Shown: positions 17,682 to 27,688, counted from the stretch's first letter. The stretch: DNA of 64,000 bases from an uncultured Planctomycetales bacterium (GCA_964545575.1 CAZJFL010000001.1:69878-133877); one strand, 5' to 3'. Made by a program: numbers and translations. The notes: generated by a model not told the origin, from the letters alone.

Positions 17682-18718
17682 TTTTGCTCTCCCTTTTCAG
17701 CCAGCAGCGCATTCACTGTCTCCACCAAATTAATCTCAGCCATACAGGCCCTGGTGCATCTTCCGCAGCCGGTGCAAAAATAACGGTTGAACTTATCCAC
17801 CGGATATTTGAATTTCCGGTAATACCTGTGCCTTTGCCTGGTGTCGCGGCCTTTGCGGAAATCTTCGCCCCCGGCTACCTTGGCAAAATCATCCATCTGA
17901 CAGGAGTTCCAGATGCGGTAGCGCATCCCTTCATTAAAACTTAAACCCATTTCGTCCATGACGTCAAAGCAGTAACAGGTAGGACAAACGGTGGTGCAAT
18001 TGCCGCAGGCGACACAACGCCTGCCTACATCCTTCCAGACATCCGAATTAAAACGTTTATCGAATGCCTCGTAGACCACAGGTAAAGAAGCATTAAACTC
18101 TTCTTTAAATACTTTTTTCTTAGCCTCTCTAGCGCGTTCGAGGCTAAGCATATCTTTCTCATCCGCTTCCTTAATATAATCTAACCCATGGATGAGCTTT
18201 TCTCCTTTTTCCGAATTGATATGTAAAATAAACTTTTCGCCCAGATCCACCATCATCAAGTCATAGCCACCCCGGGGCACGTGGTTACCCATAGAAGTGC
18301 AATTAGCGAATTTATCGCAATACTCCAGGCACTCTATGCCGATGATGGTCATTTTATCTTTGCGATTCAGGTAATTCGGGTCTTCGGGGCTATCCCTGAA
18401 TACCACATCCATGCATTGGATGCCGGCGATATCGCAGGTATGCACCGCAAAAAGAATATACTCCTCGAACTCTTTGATGGCTTTAGCGGTCTTAAAAGGC
18501 TTAAGCGTAAATTTTAATAATTTTTCTTTTTGGGGAAAATAATATTTCTTGGGAGGCAGTATGGTAGGAATATATTTCAGGGTGATCTCATTTACATCTT
18601 TGACGGGCCTGAAGATAAAAAGGTTTTCTTTTTTCTTTGGCGCATAGAGCCTGGCTCTTTTCTGTAAATGCTGGAGCCATCTATTCAAGTCTTCTTTTTT
18701 TATAGTCGCATATTTCAC
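17678..18718 (-). CDS. hydB: Hydrogenase beta subunit (4Fe-4S protein, AsrA-like)
   Basis: Multiple Cys clusters (CVACGNCTTVCPTCYC; CTGCGRCTRAC). It is the first gene of the hydBGDA order. Confidence 0.8.
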   Translation of the reverse strand: MKYATIKKEDLNRWLQHLQKRARLYAPKKKENLFIFRPVKDVNEITLKYIPTILPPKKYYFPQKEKLLKFTLKPFKTAKAIKEFEEYILFAVHTCDIAGIQCMDVVFRDSPEDPNYLNRKDKMTIIGIECLEYCDKFANCTSMGNHVPRGGYDLMMVDLGEKFILHINSEKGEKLIHGLDYIKEADEKDMLSLERAREAKKKVFKEEFNASLPVVYEAFDKRFNSDVWKDVGRRCVACGNCTTVCPTCYCFDVMDEMGLSFNEGMRYRIWNSCQMDDFAKVAGGEDFRKGRDTRQRHRYYRKFKYPVDKFNRYFCTGCGRCTRACMAEINLVETVNALLAEKGEQK

Positions 18719-18733
18719 GCTGTTGCCCCCAAT

Positions 18734-18976
18734 CTATGCAAAATCCAATTTAGTAATCTCTAATTCCGGCCCGTAGGGGACCTTGGTGATTTGTATCTGG
18801 AGGCTCTCCCATTTTGTGCCGGCCGATTGTCTCCTGTAGTGCTCTTTAAAATGCTCCTGGCTGATGCCCCCGAATTCAGAAAGCGAGATATGAATCTTGC
18901 GGATTCTTCTGGAAGATAGTTTTTCTTCTTTATCCAGGTAGGCAAATATATTTTCTAAAAGGTGCGCTTCGTGCAT
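18734..18976 (-). CDS. HypA-like N-terminal domain protein, truncated and lacking the zinc finger
   Basis: It starts MHEAHLLENIF like HypA (MHELS...) but is only 80 aa and has no CxxC pairs. Confidence 0.4.
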   Translation of the reverse strand: MHEAHLLENIFAYLDKEEKLSSRRIRKIHISLSEFGGISQEHFKEHYRRQSAGTKWESLQIQITKVPYGPELEITKLDFA

Positions 18977-19056
18977 TGAGCCTTAATTAAATGGGGAATT
19001 GATATGGAATTATATGATACCATAATTCTTCAGGGGGTCAAGAAAAAAGACAGGGA

Positions 19057-19527
19057 TTAAGGAGAAGGGGGAGGCGGGGATAACCTCAACCTTACTAAAT
19101 CGCTGACTAATTTTCCGTCTGCCTGCCCGGACACCTTAGCCGTAACTTCCTTCATTACCTTACCCATATCCTTTAGGCCTTGGGCGCCCGTAGAAGCAAC
19201 CGCCTCCTCAATGATCTTCTTGATCTCTTCTTCCGGCATCTCGGGGGGTAAATAGGATTTTAAAATCGCCAGTTCCTTTGTTTCTTTATCCGCCAGATCC
19301 TGACGCCCCCCTTTGGTAAATTGCTCTATAGAATCCTGGCGCTGCTTAATCTGTTTTTTAATCACCGGGATGATTTCGGCATCATCGAGCTTTGCCTTCT
19401 TCTTAGCCGTGGCCGTATTGATCATCTCTGCGCGTAAAAAACTTAAAACCGAGCTCTTCAGCGTATCTTTTGCTTTCATCGCCTCTTTATAGTCGTTAAG
19501 GACTTTCTCTTCTAATGGCATGGCCAT
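19057..19527 (-). CDS. GatB/YqeY domain protein
   Basis: About 150 aa ending with the YqeY-type C-terminal region (LKSYLPPEMPEEEIKKIIEEAVASTGAQGLKDMGKVMK). Confidence 0.8.
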   Translation of the reverse strand: MAMPLEEKVLNDYKEAMKAKDTLKSSVLSFLRAEMINTATAKKKAKLDDAEIIPVIKKQIKQRQDSIEQFTKGGRQDLADKETKELAILKSYLPPEMPEEEIKKIIEEAVASTGAQGLKDMGKVMKEVTAKVSGQADGKLVSDLVRLRLSPPPPSP

Positions 19528-19550
19528 CTCCCTTCTCTCTGCCCAATCAA

Positions 19551-19680
19551 GGGACAGTTCTACTACTAATCGGGGGACGTTTCTCGTTCCAATCGAAGAA
19601 CTGTCCCCTTTTCCTTAACCTTGGGGACACTTCTAGCTTTGACAGAAGAAACGTCCCTGCTTCAGTAGGAGAAGCGTCCC
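19551..19680. repeat. Cluster of six GGGAC-N(3-5)-TTCT / AGAA-N-GTCCC palindromic motifs
   Basis: gggacagttct, gggggacgtttct, agaactgtcccc, ggggacacttct, agaagaaacgtccc, agaagcgtccc. The same family occurs at 49812-49885. Confidence 0.7.
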
Positions 19681-20573
19681 TAAAAATAGCTTTGGAATTT
19701 TTTAAGCCTTTGTTTTAAATCTTTCATCGTCAGGCGGGCCGTCCGTTCTAGCCCGAAGCCCTCGACATTGAATGAAGCGGCAACCGTACCGTAGGCAAGC
19801 GCCCTTTTAATAGCCGCCGCATTAATTTTTTTGCTTTTGCTTAAATACCCCATAAAACCTCCGGCAAAAGTATCCCCTGCTCCGGTAGGATCGACTACTT
19901 TTTCCACCGGATAAGCCGGCAGCGAAAAAAGTACATTATTAGCGTAAAATAAAACTCCGTGCTCTCCCTTTTTTACCAGGACCATTTTCGGCCCGAGGTT
20001 ACAGAGACAACGCGCAGCCACTACTAAATTACGCTCCCCTGACAATAATCTTGCTTCCTGGTCATTGGCCACATAGATATCCACTTTTTTAAGCAATTGT
20101 AAAAGCGAGCGGCGTTTATGCTTAATCCAGTAATTCATACTATCCAAGCCCACCAGCTCCGGGGAGCGCATTCCGGACAATAAATGCCTTTGTATATCGG
20201 GATCGACGTTAGCTAAAAATATATGCTTGATCAAGCGCTCGCCTTCAGAAATAAACGGCCGGAAGCTGGAAAGCACGCCTAATTCGGTATTTAAAGTAAT
20301 TGCCGTGTTTAAATCGCCGCTATACCGGCCCTGCCAACGGAAAGTCCTGCCTCCGGCCTTAACCAGCGAATCCAAAACTAATCCTTTTCTGCGCAGTAAA
20401 CCTGTGTGTTCGGCGGGAAAATCTTCCCCGATAACCGCCACTAGATGGACGCTCGTAAACAGGCGAGCGGACATGGCAAAATGCGCGGCTGAACCTCCGA
20501 GCATCTCTCTTCTTTTGCCGGAAGGAGTCGTCACATCATCCAGGGCTACCGTACCTAATACTACTATACTCAT
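19680..20573 (-). CDS. PfkB-family carbohydrate kinase
   Basis: C-terminal DPTGAGDTFAGGF motif of the ribokinase superfamily. Confidence 0.8.
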   Translation of the reverse strand: MSIVVLGTVALDDVTTPSGKRREMLGGSAAHFAMSARLFTSVHLVAVIGEDFPAEHTGLLRRKGLVLDSLVKAGGRTFRWQGRYSGDLNTAITLNTELGVLSSFRPFISEGERLIKHIFLANVDPDIQRHLLSGMRSPELVGLDSMNYWIKHKRRSLLQLLKKVDIYVANDQEARLLSGERNLVVAARCLCNLGPKMVLVKKGEHGVLFYANNVLFSLPAYPVEKVVDPTGAGDTFAGGFMGYLSKSKKINAAAIKRALAYGTVAASFNVEGFGLERTARLTMKDLKQRLKKFQSYF

Positions 20574-21313
20574 CTGATAAATATTAAGCTAAGCGCTGCT
20601 ACCAATACGCAATAATAGCCGAAATAATCGAGCCGGGATTTACGCAAAACTAATTTTAATAGCCAAAGCGAAAAAAGCCCAGTAATAAAACTAAAGACGA
20701 AACCCAAAGCGTAATCGCCGAATTTTCCCTGTATAGCAAAATCAATTTTTTTTGCCTCCAGGAGAGTAGCCCCGAGAATCGCCGGGATAGAAGCAAGAAA
20801 GGAAAATTTAAAACTAACTTCCCAGGTCAACCTGCGAAATAATAGCGTAGAGATAGTTATCCCTGAACGCGAAATCCCCGGGATGATAGCCAGCCCTTGA
20901 GCAAACCCTAAAAATAAAGCGTCGCTTAAACCCAACATTTCTCTGTTCGGGCGCCGGAACCTGCGTGTCAATATCAATATTACACCTGTGACCAAAAGTG
21001 CTGCAGCCGCTAGCTTAACCGAAGCAAACAGGCCTTCAAAAAAATCCTTTCCCGCTATTCCGATGACGCCGGTAATAGCTGTGACTATCAAAATAAGCAA
21101 TAGCCATTTAATATTGCGCAATAATCCTAATATATCTTTAAAAAAGAATACCGTCAGGGCAAGGACCGTCCCCAGATGAAGGACTATAGAAACAACTAAT
21201 TCTTCTCCGCTGAGGCCGAGGATTTTTTGCAGGATAACTAAGTGGGCGGAACTGCTTACCGGCAAAAACTCGGTTAACCCCTGGACTACCCCTAAAAGCG
21301 CATATTTAAGCAT
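20570..21313 (-). CDS. uppP: Undecaprenyl-diphosphatase
   Basis: GVVQGLTEFLPVSSSAHL and PGISRSG motifs. Confidence 0.9.
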   Translation of the reverse strand: MLKYALLGVVQGLTEFLPVSSSAHLVILQKILGLSGEELVVSIVLHLGTVLALTVFFFKDILGLLRNIKWLLLILIVTAITGVIGIAGKDFFEGLFASVKLAAAALLVTGVILILTRRFRRPNREMLGLSDALFLGFAQGLAIIPGISRSGITISTLLFRRLTWEVSFKFSFLASIPAILGATLLEAKKIDFAIQGKFGDYALGFVFSFITGLFSLWLLKLVLRKSRLDYFGYYCVLVAALSLIFIR

Positions 21314-21932
21314 ATTTTTCCAGCAACCCCTTCATATCCGGCGGTAAATCCGCATGTAGCCTTATAAGCCTTTTAGTAACCGGGTGCGTCAACTCCAGCT
21401 CTTCGGCGTGGAGACAGAGCCTTTTGGCCTTAACCGTAAAATCCCTCCGGAAAGCATATTTGGTCTCGCCTAATATCGGGTGGCCGATCGCTTTAAAATG
21501 TATCCTTATCTGATTGGTGCGGCCGGTAGAGGGATAGGCTTTCACCAGGCAAAAACCGCCCATTTTTTTTACCAGCCGGTATTTTGTCAAGGCGTTCATT
21601 CCCTCAATAGGAAACTTTATTTCCGCGCAGACTTCTCTTAATATGCCGCGCACAAAAGCCAGATAAGTCTTTTTTATCTCTTTGCCTTTAAAAAGCGCCA
21701 TCATTTTTTTCTGGACGGATTTCCCCTTGGCATAAATGATTAACCCCGAAGTCTCCCGGTCAAGGCGATGGCAGGGATGCAGGCGGTAGGAAACTCCTTT
21801 ACTCTGGAGCTCATCATTGAGTATACTTGTTAATGTGCGTCTTTCGTTTTTTGGTGTGGGTATCGTCAATAATCCCGAAGGCTTGTCTACTACTAACAAC
21901 CAGTCATCTTCGTAAATAACAGGTATGTTCAT
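21306..21932 (-). CDS. RluA-family pseudouridine synthase
   Basis: Catalytic HRLDRETSGL motif. Confidence 0.85.
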   Translation of the reverse strand: MNIPVIYEDDWLLVVDKPSGLLTIPTPKNERRTLTSILNDELQSKGVSYRLHPCHRLDRETSGLIIYAKGKSVQKKMMALFKGKEIKKTYLAFVRGILREVCAEIKFPIEGMNALTKYRLVKKMGGFCLVKAYPSTGRTNQIRIHFKAIGHPILGETKYAFRRDFTVKAKRLCLHAEELELTHPVTKRLIRLHADLPPDMKGLLEKYA

Positions 21933-22906
21933 TATATAATTTCCAACATCCTGTCTATTGCTTTTCTGGCGCGCTGGCGTATCTGGTCAGAAATCCTCAC
22001 TTCCTCTTTAAGTTCTTCCAGCGCCCAAAGAATCTTCTCCTGGGTGGTGCGTTTCATATTCGGGCAAATCGCCCGTTCCGAAGCCGGATAAAACTCTTTG
22101 GCGGAATTGTCCTCTTTAAGCCGGTAAAGCAAACCCACTTCTGTGCCGACAATAAACTCTTTAGCCTCGGTTTCTTTGGCGAATTTACCCATCTGGCTGG
22201 TGGATAACGCCGCATCCGCCATCGCCACCACCTGCGGCAGGCATTCAGGGTGCACCATCACCTTGGCAAAGGGATGAAATTTCTTTTCTCTTTTAATGTC
22301 TTCGGGAAGAATCTTGATGTGGGTAGGGCAAAAACCGTTCCAGGAGATAAGCTTCCTGCCGGTCTTTTTAGAGACATAATCGGCAAGGTATTTATCCGGC
22401 ACAAAAATAATCTCTTCTCTTCCGCCAAAGACGGATCCCTGCCCGTCCGGCAGGCGGGCGCCTACGGCGGAATCTTTTATTATTGCATTCACCACTGCGA
22501 CCGCATTTGTCGAGGTGCAGCAGACATCCAGCTCCGCCTTTACCTCTGCCGAAGTATTCACGTAACCTACTGCTACGGCCTGGGGATGTTCTTTTTTTAG
22601 ATTCCTTAAGTCCTGGGCTGTAATCATATCGGCCATCGGACAACCAGCATTGACGTCGGGCATCAGTACTAATTTATCCGGACAAAGTATGGAAGCGGTC
22701 TCAGCCATAAAATGCACTCCGCAAAAGACGATCACCCGGGCCGTGGTTTTAGCGGCAATACGGCTTAATTCCAGGGAATCGCCCCGGTAGTCCGCGACAT
22801 CCTGAACCTCCGGCAGCTGATAGTTGTGCGCCAGGATTACGGCATTGCGTTTTTTCTTTAATTCGGAGATCTTTTTCTCTAAGCTATCCTTGACTTTCTT
22901 ATCCAT
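21932..22906 (-). CDS. nadA: Quinolinate synthase
   Basis: NAVILAHNYQ, three conserved Cys and the overall NadA pattern. Confidence 0.9.
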   Translation of the reverse strand: MDKKVKDSLEKKISELKKKRNAVILAHNYQLPEVQDVADYRGDSLELSRIAAKTTARVIVFCGVHFMAETASILCPDKLVLMPDVNAGCPMADMITAQDLRNLKKEHPQAVAVGYVNTSAEVKAELDVCCTSTNAVAVVNAIIKDSAVGARLPDGQGSVFGGREEIIFVPDKYLADYVSKKTGRKLISWNGFCPTHIKILPEDIKREKKFHPFAKVMVHPECLPQVVAMADAALSTSQMGKFAKETEAKEFIVGTEVGLLYRLKEDNSAKEFYPASERAICPNMKRTTQEKILWALEELKEEVRISDQIRQRARKAIDRMLEII

Positions 22907-22918
22907 TATCTTGCTCCT

Positions 22919-24001
22919 TTAAGCTATTATCCTGTCAATGATTCCTCCGCCTATCGCCGTATCCCGGGAATAGAATACCGCGGATTGGCCCGGAGTAACC
23001 GCAAACTGCGGTTTTTTAAAGTTGACCTTTATTTTTCCTCTGCAAGGCATCAGTTCTGCTTGCGCTTCCCTGTGATTATATCGTATTCTCACCCTAAGGA
23101 CAACTTTCTTTTTTGGGGGGCAAGCGGTAAAATGCACCTTCTTTACCAGAAACCGGCGCGCAAATACGTCTTCTTTTTTACCCAGGATTATCTGGATTTT
23201 ACGGGGATCGATTCGCAAGACATATAGGGGATACCCCATAGCCACGCCTAAACCTTGGCGCTGGCCGATAGTATAAAATGCAACCCCTTTATGCTCGCCT
23301 AAAACATTACCCTGCCTATCGGTAATTAAACCCGGCTTTATTTTGCCGATGCGCCCTTTTAAGAACTTCCGATAACCTGTTTCCGGTAAAAAGCAGATCT
23401 CCTGGCTGGCTACTTTATCCGCTACCGGCAGAGCAAAGTCTCTAGCCAGGCGGCGCACCTGGTCTTTGGTATAATCTCCCAAAGGAAAAAGAATATGCCT
23501 AAGCTGATGCTGATTTAGGCGGTATAAGAAATACGACTGATCTTTATTTTTGTCTTTGGCTTTCTTCAGTAAATATCTCTGAACTCTGAACCCTGAACCC
23601 TGAACTTTAACCACGCGCGCATAATGTCCGGTAGCAAGATACTGCGCACCTAACGATAGAGCCTTCTTTAATAAAATATCAAACTTGAGAAACTGATTGC
23701 ATCTGACGCAAGGATTAGGAGTCCTGCCGCTGGCATATTCCCGGCAAAAATCTTTAATTACTTTCTCTTCCAGGGATTTCTGCATATTTATTACATAGTG
23801 TTTAATTCCTAACTTGTGCGCTACTCGCCTGGCATCCTCTATACCCTGTATGCCGCAGCAGCGCGGTTTTTTGCTGGCAACATCAGGCAGATTAAAACAC
23901 ATGGTGATACCGATAACCTCATAGCCGCGTTTTTTTAACAAGGCGGCGGCTACCGAGGAATCGACCCCCCCGCTCATCGCGACAACTACCCGTTTTTTCA
24001 T
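22919..24001 (-). CDS. mnmA: tRNA 2-thiouridine(34) synthase
   Basis: PP-loop VVVAMSGGVDSS, catalytic Cys and the KDQSYFLY motif. It contains a 4x heptamer repeat at 23578-23605. Confidence 0.9.
   Translation of the reverse strand: MKKRVVVAMSGGVDSSVAAALLKKRGYEVIGITMCFNLPDVASKKPRCCGIQGIEDARRVAHKLGIKHYVINMQKSLEEKVIKDFCREYASGRTPNPCVRCNQFLKFDILLKKALSLGAQYLATGHYARVVKVQGSGFRVQRYLLKKAKDKNKDQSYFLYRLNQHQLRHILFPLGDYTKDQVRRLARDFALPVADKVASQEICFLPETGYRKFLKGRIGKIKPGLITDRQGNVLGEHKGVAFYTIGQRQGLGVAMGYPLYVLRIDPRKIQIILGKKEDVFARRFLVKKVHFTACPPKKKVVLRVRIRYNHREAQAELMPCRGKIKVNFKKPQFAVTPGQSAVFYSRDTAIGGGIIDRIIA
23578..23605. repeat. Heptanucleotide tandem repeat (YCTGAAC)x4 inside mnmA
   Basis: tctgaac tctgaac cctgaac cctgaac, encoding VQGSGFRVQ. 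Confidence 0.8.
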
Positions 24002-25836
24002 CTTTCAATCTTTACTTCGGTTAACCCACGCACGGAATTACACAAGAATATCTTGTCGGCTTTTAATAAATCTTTCCGGAATATCATTTTTTCTTGCGCT
24101 CTATGTTTCTTGATAAAATATTGGCGGAAGATCCCCGGCAAGATCCCGCTCGATACCGGCGGAGTATAATATTTTTTATTTTTTTCGATGATTATATTCG
24201 AAATTGCCCCTTCCGCCACTTCGCCTCTGGTGTTCAGGAAAATTACGTCGAAATAACCCTTCTCTAGATAACAGAGGTGTTGCGAGTCGTAGAGGTTGCG
24301 GTTAGTTGTTTTATGATAACAGAACGGGTTTTGCGGGTCAATTTTATAATCAGAGATAGCGGCGTATTTTATGCCGGCCTCCCGGGGAAGTCGGGAGTAT
24401 TCCGCTTTTAAAGTGCCCTTTCTATCTAACAACAAACGCAGCTTATAGCGGCTGCCGCTTTGAAATTTGTTTTTTAAAGCCCCCAGCGCTTGTTTTATTC
24501 TTGCGCGGTCAAAACAAAAACCAAAGTATTGGGCCGAACGCTCCATTCTTTTTAAATGCTCCTCTAGGAATTTATATTCCCCGTCCCAGAGAATAGTTTC
24601 TAATAAACAAAAGTCCTCGTATCTATCGGTAAGAAACTTGGCTTTGAGGATACACTCTCTAAACTCGCGATGAGCCTCTGAATCATAAACTATACCGCTG
24701 CCTATGCCCATCTCTCCTTTATTTTTAACCAGAGAGATAGTCCTGATCGGCAAATTAAATATTGCTTTTCCCTTAGGAAAAATGATCCCCAATGCCCCGC
24801 AGTAGATATTGCGCGGCCCCTTCTCTAATTCTTTGATGATCTGCATGCTTTTTATTTTAGGCGCGCCCGTGACCGAGCCGCCGGGAAACATGCTTTTAAA
24901 TATATCAAAATAACTCGTCCCTCTTCTTAAAGTAGCCCGCACTTCGGAAGTCATCTGAAACAAGGTATTGTATTTCTCGATATTAAACAAAGCGGTTGCC
25001 TTTACGCTATCCGCCCGGGCAATACGGCCTAGATCATTGCGGATCAAATCTACGATCATGATGTTCTCTGCTAAATCCTTACTGCTGTTTTTTAATTTCA
25101 GCGCCTGCTCTTTATCTTCTTTGATATCCCGGCCCCTGCCGATGGTGCCTTTCATCGGACAAGAATATATGCTGCGGCCGTTTCTTTTAAAGAACAATTC
25201 CGGAGAAAAAGACAATACGTATTCGTCTTTAAACTTACAGAATGCGCTGTAAGGGACGTTTTGCCGGTTTTTTAGACTCTCGTAAAAAGAGAATGCCGAG
25301 CCAGAGAAACGAAAGCGGTATTTTCCGGTAAAGTTTATCTGGTAGGTATCGCCGCGCCTGATATATTCCTTTATGCGCCGGATTCTCCCCGTATATTCCT
25401 TTTCATTAAAATCGAACTTTAAGCTTCCTGCCGAGAAATCTTCCTGCTTGCTTTTCGTTGCAAAAATACCCGGGAGATGCCCGCTTAGTTTTCCGGTTTT
25501 ATGATTAAAAGAAGCGGCCTGATCAAAAACAGCGATCTGTATCAGGGGAAAAGGCGCGGATTCCTTAAAGCCGAATTGCTTATTCTCAAAATAATACCCC
25601 AGTTCATAAGAAAAATATCCGGCCAAAAAATATTTTTGTGCGTAATATTCTATCCGGCTAAAAGCTTTTTCTATATCGGCGTAACGGTTTATTTTAATTA
25701 TTTTAAGCGGATGGGTAAAAATATAACTGGAGGAATTATCTTTATCAAAGAGGGTGGTTTCAAAAAGAAAAAAATAATCCTGCTGCTTAATATATCCGGG
25801 GTCCAGGGACGGTAGGGAAAAATATTTTCTCGTCAT
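23998..25836 (-). CDS. Aminodeoxychorismate synthase component I fused to aminodeoxychorismate lyase (PabB-PabC)
   Basis: The N-terminal 400 aa form a chorismate-binding enzyme (GAPKIKSMQII, SGIVYDS). The C-terminal 200 aa form a class IV aminotransferase/ADC-lyase fold. Confidence 0.75.
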   Translation of the reverse strand: MTRKYFSLPSLDPGYIKQQDYFFLFETTLFDKDNSSSYIFTHPLKIIKINRYADIEKAFSRIEYYAQKYFLAGYFSYELGYYFENKQFGFKESAPFPLIQIAVFDQAASFNHKTGKLSGHLPGIFATKSKQEDFSAGSLKFDFNEKEYTGRIRRIKEYIRRGDTYQINFTGKYRFRFSGSAFSFYESLKNRQNVPYSAFCKFKDEYVLSFSPELFFKRNGRSIYSCPMKGTIGRGRDIKEDKEQALKLKNSSKDLAENIMIVDLIRNDLGRIARADSVKATALFNIEKYNTLFQMTSEVRATLRRGTSYFDIFKSMFPGGSVTGAPKIKSMQIIKELEKGPRNIYCGALGIIFPKGKAIFNLPIRTISLVKNKGEMGIGSGIVYDSEAHREFRECILKAKFLTDRYEDFCLLETILWDGEYKFLEEHLKRMERSAQYFGFCFDRARIKQALGALKNKFQSGSRYKLRLLLDRKGTLKAEYSRLPREAGIKYAAISDYKIDPQNPFCYHKTTNRNLYDSQHLCYLEKGYFDVIFLNTRGEVAEGAISNIIIEKNKKYYTPPVSSGILPGIFRQYFIKKHRAQEKMIFRKDLLKADKIFLCNSVRGLTEVKIER

Positions 25837-25844
25837 GCTTTAGG

Positions 25845-27629
25845 TTACCACTGGCATCTGATACCCCCCTCGATGGCCCTTCCCGGCTGAGGGATGCCTG
25901 CTATTTCTTCATATTTTACACCGAGGAGGTTGGTAATGTCCAAGAAAATCTGGCCATTCCGATGGATTTTATAAGCGAAATGGCTGTTTAAAATAAACCA
26001 CCCGCCGCGGCCGGGCCTCTCTTTGTAGGTTAATGTCAAACCTTGAATCCCGCAGGGCAGATTAAAGTCTACCATAGCATTGGCCAGGTGGCGAGAATAA
26101 TTCCGTCCATATTTGTATAGGTAGCCGCGGGTATCAGCCTGCTTATTAATATAGGTATAGTTGCAAGACATCTTGATATATTTATTAAATTGCCAGCTAA
26201 AATAGTTTTCTAAACCCAGGACCCCGGTATCGCTTATGTTTTCAGCCTGCCATTTTGCTTGCAGGGGGCTACGCTTTATCCAGTCAATTACATCTATTGC
26301 TTCCCGGAAGAAAAAAGCTGTGCCTAAGGAAAAACCGTCTTTCTTATAGTCATAGCCTAACTGATAATTAACCGATTCCTCTACGCTAAGATTACGGTTT
26401 CCTGCGGTAGTAGGGTCGTTATAATAGAGTTCGGTAAAGGTAGGGATGCGGATACTTCTGGCTATACCCAAAGTTAAACCACTGGCTCCCCCGACTTTAT
26501 ATTTTAAATTTAGTGCGCCGGTATAAGCGGTGTTGAAACCCTCAAAATTATCCATCCGCAAGGACCCGGCCAGAGAAAACCTCTGATTGATATCTTTGTT
26601 GTCGTCAAAAAAGATGCTTTCGTGATTACGATAGTGCTTGCCTAAGTTAGTGGAATGGATCTCTTCCCTGCCGTACTCAAAGCCCAGGCCCGCTCTCCCC
26701 AGAAAGCCGGTTTGTTTCTGGAAATAAATATTAGGGGTATAGATATCGGTGCGGTGCTGATTAAGATAACGGCTGCGCACTTCTGTTTTATCGAGCATAA
26801 ACTTATCGTAATGCCGGCGCCATAAAAAATTCGGCTTGATGATTAACCCTTCATTTTCAGAAAGCAAGCCCGCCTCCAAAAGATAAGTCTTGGTCCATTC
26901 TTCTGAAGGGTATCCTAAGCCCGGGGTATAAAAATCAAATGCCCCGAACTCCTTATCCTGATAGCCAAAGTCTAAATTAACTGCGCCGCATGGCACATCC
27001 AGCGAAGAGCTGAAAGTGGCGGTATATTTTTTAAAATCCGTATCGTAATGAAACCCGTCTGATTGCGCATATTCGGAGGAAACACGGAAACTTAAGTCTT
27101 TTATTTTCTCCGTAAAGCTGAATAGCCCGGCCTTGGTATCAAAAGAGCCGTAGCTACCTTCTAAAATTAGCTCTTTCTGTTGCGGTTTTTTAGTCAGGAA
27201 ATTGATTGCTCCGCCGATGGCGTCAGGCCCGAATAGTGAAGAACTAATGCCGGGGATCAAATCAATTCTTGCAATATCCGCTTTGGTTAAGGGAATGTCT
27301 GAATTATGATGCCCTGTCTGGGGGTCGTTGATACGCTGGCCATCGATAAGGACTAAAACTCCCTGAAAGGTTGAACCCCTCAGGGAAAAATCTGTCTGGA
27401 TGCCTTCGCGGAGAGAACGGCTCTGTAGGTCTAGCGGCAGGAGAGACAAAGATTCTATTGGCGAGGCATAAAAATCTTCTACTTTCAGGGTAAAGGTATG
27501 CGAAAAATAAGCCTTTTCCTTTGCCACCACTATGCGCTCTAAATCCCGGGGCGGAATTTGGGCGCCATAGGCAAGGCCGGGCAAGATAAGAAAAATAAAA
27601 AATAAACCGCACCAATTTATCTTTGCCAT
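25845..27629 (-). CDS. TonB-dependent outer-membrane receptor
   Basis: Signal peptide, plug domain (LDGQRINDPQTGHHN) and a Tyr/Gly-rich beta-barrel ending in an aromatic residue. Confidence 0.8.
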   Translation of the reverse strand: MAKINWCGLFFIFLILPGLAYGAQIPPRDLERIVVAKEKAYFSHTFTLKVEDFYASPIESLSLLPLDLQSRSLREGIQTDFSLRGSTFQGVLVLIDGQRINDPQTGHHNSDIPLTKADIARIDLIPGISSSLFGPDAIGGAINFLTKKPQQKELILEGSYGSFDTKAGLFSFTEKIKDLSFRVSSEYAQSDGFHYDTDFKKYTATFSSSLDVPCGAVNLDFGYQDKEFGAFDFYTPGLGYPSEEWTKTYLLEAGLLSENEGLIIKPNFLWRRHYDKFMLDKTEVRSRYLNQHRTDIYTPNIYFQKQTGFLGRAGLGFEYGREEIHSTNLGKHYRNHESIFFDDNKDINQRFSLAGSLRMDNFEGFNTAYTGALNLKYKVGGASGLTLGIARSIRIPTFTELYYNDPTTAGNRNLSVEESVNYQLGYDYKKDGFSLGTAFFFREAIDVIDWIKRSPLQAKWQAENISDTGVLGLENYFSWQFNKYIKMSCNYTYINKQADTRGYLYKYGRNYSRHLANAMVDFNLPCGIQGLTLTYKERPGRGGWFILNSHFAYKIHRNGQIFLDITNLLGVKYEEIAGIPQPGRAIEGGIRCQW

Positions 27630-27688
27630 AAAGGCATTATAGCGGGTGCGGCATAACTGTCAACTTGAAAATTATATTTGGTTTACGA

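Noticed and set aside
22392-22643. 83-aa minus ORF and 116-aa plus ORF inside nadA
   Set aside because: They are alternative-frame or antisense ORFs within a well-supported nadA frame.
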